Notes under the pieces: model-generated | The model's input: the letters and a program-made list of their open reading frames with translations, nothing else | Told to the model about the DNA's origin: nothing | The model's database searches: none | Virus record (IMG/VR): IMGVR_UViG_3300017786_000003 | Coordinates: 32,001 to 96,000 of that record | Source of the DNA: a virus | Direction: 5' to 3' (one strand) | DNA length: 64,000 nucleotides | Shown: in pieces, positions 26,365-34,500 of the stretch | How the letters are laid out: the number at the start of each line of letters is the position of its first letter | How positions within the stretch are numbered: position 1 is the stretch's first letter | Translations under genes and position numbers: made by a program

Positions 26365-27990
26365 ATGGAATATAAAAAATACTACTGGCTAAATGAAAAT
26401 AGTAGAACCTTTTTATCTAGAGGTTATATAACAGAATCACCAGAACAAAGAATAAAAGACATAGCTAATAAAGCAGAGAAATATCTTCATATGCCTGGCT
26501 TTGCTGAAAAGTTTGAGAACTATATGTCTAAAGGATTTTACTCACTATCTACTCCTGTATGGATAAACTTTGGTAAACCAAAAGGTTTGCCTATTAGTTG
26601 TTACGGATCCAATATAGATGATAACTTAAATAGTATACTTAATGCAGGACGTGAGATTGGAATGATGTCAAAATATGGTGGAGGTACAAGTTGCTTTTTA
26701 GGGAATATAAGACCTAGAGGATCAAAGATATCTACAGGAGGCTTAGCTGATGGACCAGTACACTATGCTAGAATATATGATACAGTTGTAGATGTATGTA
26801 AACAATCTGAAGCAAGGCGTGGAGCCTGTGCAGCATATCTACCATTAGAGCATCCAGACATAGATGAGTTCTTAGATATAGGTACTGAGGGAAATCCAAT
26901 ACAAAACTTACAGTATGGTATTACAGTTTCTGATGCTTGGTTGAGATCTATGAAAGCAGGTAGTAAAGATAAACGTAAGATATGGGCTAAAGTAATTCAA
27001 AGAAGATCTGAGTTTGGATATCCTTATATAATGTTCAAAGACAATTCTAATAAGAACACTCCATACAATGAGATAGGAATGGAAATCACAGCATCAAACT
27101 TATGTTCAGAAATCCAACTACCAACAGACACCTATAACTCCTTTGTGTGTTGTTTGGGTTCTATTAACTTACTACACTGGGATGAGATAATAAAGACTGA
27201 TGCAATAGAAACGTATGTATTCTTTTTGAATGCTGTTATGGATGAGTTCATTAAGAAAGCGGAAGTAAAAGCTGGCCTTAAAAGAGCATATAACTTTGCT
27301 AGCAAACATAGAGCTATTGGTTTAGGTGTGTTAGGTTATCACAGTTTGTTTCAGTCAAAGCTAATAGAGTTTGAATCATTAGCTGCTAAACAACTAAACA
27401 ATCATATATTTAAACATTTAAAAGAAGTATCAGATGAAGCATCAAGATGGTTATATGAACACAGGGGATATAGATCCCTACGAGAAGGCTATGCAAACAC
27501 AACTCTTATGGCTATTGCTCCTACTAAATCAAGTTCATTTATCCACGGTGCTGTATCTATGGGTATTGAGCCAATAAAATCTAACTACTTTATCAAAGAT
27601 CTTGCTAAGTCTAAGACGGTGTATAAGAACCCATTCTTAGTAGAAGAGTTAGAAAAGTATGGTCTTAATAATAAAAAGACATGGGATAGTATATTAAAGA
27701 AAGATGGATCTGTACAGCACTTAAACTTCCCAACAAAAGAAGTATTTAAATCATTCATTGAAATAAGTCCTAAAGAACTAGTACTACAAGCAGCACAAAG
27801 ACAAAAGTATATTGATCAGTCACAGTCATTAAACTTAATGATTGACCCGTCTGTATCAGCTAAAGATATTAATAAGCTTTATTTATATGCACATGAAGAA
27901 GGAGTAAAAACACTATACTATCAGTTTAGTATAAGTTCTGCTCAAGACTTTGCTAGAAACATATTAGAGTGTGCAAGCTGTGAAGGATAA
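26365..27990 (+). CDS. nrdA: Ribonucleotide reductase class I alpha subunit, no ATP cone
   Basis: PISC, GGGT, RRGA, SNLCSEI, AIAPTKSSS, DQSQS, KTLYY and C-terminal CASC. Confidence 0.95.
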   Translation: MEYKKYYWLNENSRTFLSRGYITESPEQRIKDIANKAEKYLHMPGFAEKFENYMSKGFYSLSTPVWINFGKPKGLPISCYGSNIDDNLNSILNAGREIGMMSKYGGGTSCFLGNIRPRGSKISTGGLADGPVHYARIYDTVVDVCKQSEARRGACAAYLPLEHPDIDEFLDIGTEGNPIQNLQYGITVSDAWLRSMKAGSKDKRKIWAKVIQRRSEFGYPYIMFKDNSNKNTPYNEIGMEITASNLCSEIQLPTDTYNSFVCCLGSINLLHWDEIIKTDAIETYVFFLNAVMDEFIKKAEVKAGLKRAYNFASKHRAIGLGVLGYHSLFQSKLIEFESLAAKQLNNHIFKHLKEVSDEASRWLYEHRGYRSLREGYANTTLMAIAPTKSSSFIHGAVSMGIEPIKSNYFIKDLAKSKTVYKNPFLVEELEKYGLNNKKTWDSILKKDGSVQHLNFPTKEVFKSFIEISPKELVLQAAQRQKYIDQSQSLNLMIDPSVSAKDINKLYLYAHEEGVKTLYYQFSISSAQDFARNILECASCEG

Positions 27991-27991
27991 T

Positions 27992-29542
27992 TTATGAGTT
28001 TTCTAATGCTTTTACTTTAGCTGATAAATCTTGTATTGCTTTTACTAGAACAGGTATTAATCTACCATATGTAGCTTCTAGTTTTTCCGGATTAACATCA
28101 TATACTAATCTTGTATATTCATCATCAACTTCTTGTAAGTCTTGAGCTACAAAACCTACATCTTTTAAACCTTTTTTAGCACCATCTCTTCTATCCCACT
28201 CAAACGTTACTGGTTTTAAATTATCTACAAAGTCTAATCCATATACAGAATCTTTAATATCTTTTTTATCACGCTTATCTGATAAAGCTGTTATGCTTGT
28301 TACTTGACATCTTAAAGCAGCTGTACTAGAATTACCTAAAGTTATTTCATTACTTACAGTTAAACTACTAGGCTCAGCTTGATCACCTATAACTATATTG
28401 TTATTACCTGTAGTGGCTCCATCATTTGCTTTCCAACCAATTGCTATGTTTTGATTAGCTGAGATAAGTCCTTCTAATGCATAAGCACCTAAAGCTATAT
28501 TAAAATTACCATCTTGTAAGTTTTTTAAACAAGATCTACCAACACCAACATTATTAGTACTTTGGCCTGGATTTACACTTTTAATTTCTGCACCTACAAA
28601 TGTATCAGCTAAACTTAATGTACATTCCATACCAGCTTCAAAACCTATAGCAGTGTTTGATGGTACCGCAAACATTGCAGATACATTTTGTTTGGCTAAT
28701 GCTTTATAACCTACAGCTGTACATTGAACTTCATTATTTTCTAAATTTAAAGCATTAAACCCAAAAGCTGTATTACCACTATCTCCTGGTACTCCACCAC
28801 CTTGACCAAGTAGGCTTGCTCCAGCCCCTATACCAAAAGCTGTAACACCTGCTTGAGTTGTTGCTGGATTTGCTCCTTGCATAAAAGTTCCTGAAGCTGG
28901 TGAATATTGAATTGGATTTGTCTCAATAATATTACCAGTACTATTAACAGATAAATTAAATGTAGGTGTACCAGTTTTGCTACCAGACCCATAATCTACA
29001 AACTTTACAGATTTATGCAAATCTATTTCTTCTGCTCCTGACGTAGTCTTAATCTCAAGCATTGGATTATTTCCAGCAGCTCCAAACTTTAAACCTAGCC
29101 CAGCCCAGTTATATAAAAATCCAAAACCTCCCCCGTCATCATCCCATCCGAATGAAACTTTAGCAACTTTATCTTGTTGTATCACAAATTCAGGATCACC
29201 AAGAGTTACACTACTAGGTTTATTTATAATAAATCTATCACAATCGTTAACTCTCATTTGATACAAACCAGTAGATAACTGTGGAGATTGCTCTAACTTA
29301 CTATCTGCTAAAGTTCCCTTTGGGCCGTCTGACCATAGAGGAACAAAGTTTGTTGTACCAGAGTTTAATGAAGTTCTAAATTCTTCAAAAGTAATAAGTC
29401 TATTCTCCATCTTAGGATCATATGCATAAATACCTTCTGGCCCTTGTATTCTTCCTAAAATTATATAGTTGTTTGGATCTACTTTCTTTGCTACTTTCTT
29501 TCTAGAAAGTAATCCCATCATATCTTGTAAAATATTTCCCAT
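27992..29542 (-). CDS. Tail fibre/spike with C-terminal intramolecular chaperone (peptidase S74)
   Basis: NTAxGxxAL beta-roll repeats, then SDKRDKKDI, LKPVTFEW, GFVAQDL and LIPVLVKAIQDL. Confidence 0.85.
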   Translation of the reverse strand: MGNILQDMMGLLSRKKVAKKVDPNNYIILGRIQGPEGIYAYDPKMENRLITFEEFRTSLNSGTTNFVPLWSDGPKGTLADSKLEQSPQLSTGLYQMRVNDCDRFIINKPSSVTLGDPEFVIQQDKVAKVSFGWDDDGGGFGFLYNWAGLGLKFGAAGNNPMLEIKTTSGAEEIDLHKSVKFVDYGSGSKTGTPTFNLSVNSTGNIIETNPIQYSPASGTFMQGANPATTQAGVTAFGIGAGASLLGQGGGVPGDSGNTAFGFNALNLENNEVQCTAVGYKALAKQNVSAMFAVPSNTAIGFEAGMECTLSLADTFVGAEIKSVNPGQSTNNVGVGRSCLKNLQDGNFNIALGAYALEGLISANQNIAIGWKANDGATTGNNNIVIGDQAEPSSLTVSNEITLGNSSTAALRCQVTSITALSDKRDKKDIKDSVYGLDFVDNLKPVTFEWDRRDGAKKGLKDVGFVAQDLQEVDDEYTRLVYDVNPEKLEATYGRLIPVLVKAIQDLSAKVKALENS

Positions 29543-29554
29543 TGGTTTGTGGTT

Positions 29555-29959
29555 TTAAAATTGTGATTCTCTTTTGCAATCATCAATAGAAAGCTGCAAC
29601 TCTTCTAGTGTCACTGGACATACAAGATCAAGCCCTGCTTTGAATGCAGCATACTTAAATCCATCCTTATCAAATACAATGATTGTTGGAGCCATTCGTA
29701 CTCTATACTTTTTCTTTGCTTTTAGGTTCTCTGATATATCCGCCCTATAGTATTTTACACCTGTTAGTTTTCCCCAGTCCTTAAAAGAGTTATCGTCATT
29801 AAATTCTGCCCAAAACTCTACTACAACCAAAACATCTAAATCGTCAAATGCAGAATTACCTACTACAGACTTTTCAAAATCTTTATCCGTTAACCAATCT
29901 TGTCCATTAACTGTAGTACTAAACAGTAAAAAAAAGAAACATAATACTGCTCTTTTCAT
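29555..29959 (-). CDS. Exported thioredoxin-fold protein lacking CxxC
   Basis: Signal peptide, VVVEFWAEFN at the FxAxWCxxC position, and KYRVRMAPTIIVF (cis-Pro loop). Confidence 0.7.
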   Translation of the reverse strand: MKRAVLCFFFLLFSTTVNGQDWLTDKDFEKSVVGNSAFDDLDVLVVVEFWAEFNDDNSFKDWGKLTGVKYYRADISENLKAKKKYRVRMAPTIIVFDKDGFKYAAFKAGLDLVCPVTLEELQLSIDDCKRESQF

Positions 29960-29962
29960 AGT

Positions 29963-30244
29963 TTATTTTTTAGTTAAATCATAGATTCTCTCTTCCATTT
30001 TCTCAAACTTCTCAAGGAGCATCTCTACATCCTCTTGGGTATCCATAATTGTTTGTCTTACTAGTTCATCTTTTAGATCATACTCAACCCTGTCTATAAC
30101 TGGCTTGGGCATTTCCATTGCATGAGCTATATCTGCTTGGAGTGTAAACCACATTGTTGCTAATGTGATAGTAAATCCTACAATCATACCTATTGTTTTT
30201 AAGTCTAATGTTACCTGAGTTTCTTCTCCTATTTTCTGTGCCAT
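29963..30244 (-). CDS. Single-TM coiled-coil protein
   Basis: TIGMIVGFTITLATMWF followed by a heptad-like C-terminus. Confidence 0.65.
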   Translation of the reverse strand: MAQKIGEETQVTLDLKTIGMIVGFTITLATMWFTLQADIAHAMEMPKPVIDRVEYDLKDELVRQTIMDTQEDVEMLLEKFEKMEERIYDLTKK

Positions 30245-30250
30245 TTTATT

Positions 30251-31459
30251 TTATTTAAAACTGAAATTTAATCCAAATGATGTAAGGAATAATTCACTAT
30301 CCCACATTTTAGAATACTCACCTTCAACAAATACTCCAAAGTTTTTACTGAGCTTCCAACCTAAACTAAGTCCAGCAGAATAATCATCCCACTGTTCTAG
30401 ATCTGCGTCTTCTCTTAATCCACCTTTACCCCAGTTGTTTCTATTTAGATAAGACACTTCTTCATCTCCTTTAATATATCTATGGTAAGGTAATATATAG
30501 TTTGCATATGCATGAACCCAAAATTTGCTTTCATAATGATAAAAATCCATTCCTACAATTGGTGCAATCTCACCAAAAGCATCAAGCATATCCCACTGCT
30601 CATTATTATAACGGTTCATAAGATCAGTAAATACTGTTTCTCTAAACTCTAAGTCTGTATCAGCTACTCTATTTCCTTGAGGATCTACCCAATACCAGTC
30701 ACTTGTTTGGTTCCCTAGCTCATCTTCTGAAGTATAATATATATCATCATACCCATATTCAAACCCTAGCTCATACCAATAGTTTACAGGATACTCTTCA
30801 CCGTTTATAACTTGTGTTTCATTTAACCATATTTCAATTGGATTATATCCATAAGCACGGTCATGAGTACGGTAGATTGCTCCAGCTGATATACTAAACT
30901 TTTCACCTAATGGTAACCTAGCTCTTAACTCTGCTGACTGATAATCAAGATTTATCTTTCCTACTTCTCTTGATTCAACTTTTACTATGTGATATTTTCC
31001 ACTATGTTTTAAAAAGAATCTATGATTTTTAAAGTCTTCTCCTCTCCATCTTTCTTTTTCAAAATGGAATTGATATTCTAATCCTTGTAGTGCAGAAGAA
31101 GGTGCAGTAAAAGCAAGCTGTTGTTCTGTGCCATCATACCAGTTTCTTGGCTTTCTTTCATAATCAAATCTTGCTAGCTTTCTAATACCAAATCCATATC
31201 TATAGTCAAAAGGAAATACTTCCGTATTATCTACTACATCTGGAATAGAATATAAGCCACCATCTGGGTTTGTTCTTACAAAATAAGTTTGTTGTCTTGC
31301 TTCTATAGAATTTTTTACATCACCGGCACCATATACAGTACCATACTGTAGAAAATCAGAAACTAAATCCTTTACAAAACTACGTTCTTTAATAGAATCT
31401 TGTGCTAGTAATGTAGTGTAAGAGAGCATACATACCAACACTAAAAAATATTTTCTCAT
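30251..31459 (-). CDS. Putative outer-membrane beta-barrel protein
   Basis: Signal peptide (MRKYFLVLVCMLSYTTLLAQ), aromatic-rich amphipathic strands and C-terminal FGLNFSFK resembling a beta-signal. Confidence 0.6.
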   Translation of the reverse strand: MRKYFLVLVCMLSYTTLLAQDSIKERSFVKDLVSDFLQYGTVYGAGDVKNSIEARQQTYFVRTNPDGGLYSIPDVVDNTEVFPFDYRYGFGIRKLARFDYERKPRNWYDGTEQQLAFTAPSSALQGLEYQFHFEKERWRGEDFKNHRFFLKHSGKYHIVKVESREVGKINLDYQSAELRARLPLGEKFSISAGAIYRTHDRAYGYNPIEIWLNETQVINGEEYPVNYWYELGFEYGYDDIYYTSEDELGNQTSDWYWVDPQGNRVADTDLEFRETVFTDLMNRYNNEQWDMLDAFGEIAPIVGMDFYHYESKFWVHAYANYILPYHRYIKGDEEVSYLNRNNWGKGGLREDADLEQWDDYSAGLSLGWKLSKNFGVFVEGEYSKMWDSELFLTSFGLNFSFK

Positions 31460-31530
31460 ATTTTAAATGTATTATATTAATAAGCTGTGCATTGGTTTGT
31501 ATACTAATAATATAAGAATTTTTTACTAAA

Positions 31531-34500
31531 TTATTTAATAAAGAAGTCACTATTTTTAAGATAGCTATCCCATTTTTGGAATGTATACCAAATAGGAACA
31601 ACATCTTTCCAATTTTTAGCAAGTTTCAGTTCTCCTTTTCTAGGCTTATTTTGATATACATACTCAGAGTTCTCTCTAAATTCTTTATCACTATAATATA
31701 CATAAGCTATTGGAGTTCTAAAAGATAAAGATAAAGCCTCACCCAGTTCTCCTAATGTTCTTGTAGCTGCTATAGGTGACTTAAACATTTGATACTGTTG
31801 TTTTAATCCAGAAGGATGCGGTGTAAATAATACTAATTCTTTATATGTTCTATCTGCTTGATATTTAGCAATATTTTTAAATCTTTTTGTTAGTTCTGAG
31901 TCATCATCATCACCAGCTAACATTACTTGCATTAACTCACTAAGTAAAAATACTGATATCATAATTCCTATTTCACCTGCAGTTCTGTAGAAACCATATA
32001 GTTTGTTCTCTGCTCTCTGATCAATATTACCTCCTTCTCCAGTCCAATCATGATCTTTTAAAAATCCTTCTTTATAAGTATTAAACTGTAGATTACCTGT
32101 TGCTGCTGTTTTTAAAGCATAGTTTATAAACTTCAAAGCGGATATATATCTACCTTCCATCCATCCAAGGTTTTCATCAAAGTATTCTCTTTGATATCTT
32201 GCTCTAAATGCTGGCATAACCCATTTATGAAACTGTGCTGCTAAGTTACCAAGCGTTGTACTTTGAATAACCATTCTATCTTCTTTAGCATAGTTACCAT
32301 GAATTTGTTTATTAACCTCTCTTATTTTATTTCTTAAGTCATATCTATACTCATCAGTATAAGCCACTTCTCTACCACCTTTTTCAACTACAGTATCAAA
32401 TCCTTCTTTAAGTTCATTCTTATGTGTTTTAGGATTATAGGTAAATGCATCATATAAAGAGAGTGTCTCACCTGTTGTACTATTTTTAATTGTAGTATCC
32501 ATCAACATGGCCATACCTACTTTAGTTTGTACATTGTATTCTGCTGCATCCTGAAGAACATATCCCCACTCAGCTGCTTTAGCAAACCAACTTTGGCCTG
32601 TAGTAGTATCTGCTCCCTGTTCACGTATGTCTGTCATTTTATCCATCATCCTAAACATATCTACAAAAGCTTCATATTTACTATTAGCTTTCTCAGGATC
32701 ATAATCAACTTTACCAACACCTTTAGCTGCACCAAAAGTAGCAACATAACCTAAATCTTTCATATAATAACTAGTTCTAGAAACAATATCAGGAATAGCT
32801 CTTTGATTAAAAACTTTTACAGCTCTTAGATATGATGATCTATTAAAGAATCTTTGACCAAGCATTTCTATATTATTGTTCACTCTACCAATAACATAGT
32901 TGTTAAAGTTACCAAACGGGTTAAAGGCAACATAAGTAAGAGAAGAAACTTGAATTAGCTTATCTGCTATTTTATCAAACATTCCTTTGGATATTTTGTG
33001 GTTATCATAAAAGGTCATAGACATCCACTTCTTAGCTCGTCTAACAGCATTTGCTTCTAACTTGTTACTACTTATTTTTTGTCCAACCTTTTTAACAGCA
33101 CCTTCTACCACACTGAAAGATTCTATATCTGTTTCAGGTGAACCATATTCTCTTTGTTCTAGTACCTTTACCATAGAATTTAATGTGTCTTCTACAGTAC
33201 TCATTGTCTCATAGTTTTGAGCCATTGCAATAAACTTTAAAAGACTATCAGTAAGATCTTTACTAATCTGACCTACAGTTGGAGTAGCTCTTAACCTTGC
33301 TATCTTACCATTAAGTTTTTTTAATTCTATATCATACTCACGTGCTCTAATTTTATTTTTCTTTCTTTTACTTTTTAATTCTGTTCTTTCTGCTTCAAGC
33401 TTTTCTAGTTCTCCTTCAACTCTTGCATTACCAGTAAAGTAAATTGGTAAAGTGCTTACCACATTACCAAGCTCATCAGTAGTAACACCCTTTTGCTGAG
33501 ATGTACCTTGAGTAAACATAGAAACATTTTCAACTGTTTCTGCCCACTTTCTAGCTATAAAGTTCTTTTTGCCTTTTACTTCAGCTAACATTTTTTGTTG
33601 AACTACAGGAAGTCTACCAAGCATATTAGTTATATGTCCAGGAGGAAGCTTTTCCAATTGCTGTTTATAAACTGCAGTCCACATCTCATAATATTCTTTT
33701 TGTGCTTGTCCTAGTGCATCTGTAGGATTCATAATCTTAAGATACTCCGGACTTAAAACACTTTCACCATCTATTAGTGCATCATCTTTTATCTCTCTAT
33801 ACTCTGTTTTTGGAAAAGCATTGCTACCCTCATTAAATACTGTAGCACCAGTAGGTTGACCCTTAAAATATACTGGTCTAAGCTTTTCTTCATTAGGCAT
33901 AAAGTACTTAGCTTTATATTGGATGTACTCTGCTTCAGAAACAGTGGCTCTTTTTTTCCACTTTATAAATCCTATCTCAGTATTTACAATTGCATATTCA
34001 TGAATATCTCTAGCATCTTTAAACTCTTGAGTATATCTGTGGATATCACCATCTATTATATTCCCAGCATCATCAACTTGTTCAGCCTTAAAAAAGTTAC
34101 CTAAAGCTGCTTTGTCTTCTGCAAGTTGTTTATTATGTTCTAATTCCTCTGGCTTAGCCTTAAATGTATTAGGTATGTCATAATATAAACGTGGTTTACC
34201 ATCACTATCAAAAGTCTTTTGTCTTAACTCATGTTGTTTATTTTTATAGTTTGGTCCTATCTTTTCTACATATGTACCATCATCCTTAGCCATAAAATTA
34301 TATATCTTCTGAGGATCAGTTTCTGCAGATAACTTAATTAATTTATCAGCAGCTTGAAGTACCATATCTTTTTGAACAGATATTTTATCAAGCATCTTTT
34401 GCATAGCTGCTTTATATATCTTGTCCATTATAGCTAATATTACATCAGGAGATGTTGCCATATCTCTAGTTTGATAGTCCATATCAGTAATGTCAGGAGC

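Noticed and set aside
1129-27990. Inteins or group I introns in helicase, primase, polB or RNR
   Set aside because: All are compact and uninterrupted, with no intein splice or homing-endonuclease motifs.
29555-29959. Thioredoxin as electron donor for the adjacent RNR
   Set aside because: No CxxC at the active-site position and it has a signal peptide.
31389-31622. 77-aa minus-strand ORF bridging the cargo gene and the beta-barrel gene
   Set aside because: Overlaps both neighbours out of frame and spans a probable promoter. No recognisable features.
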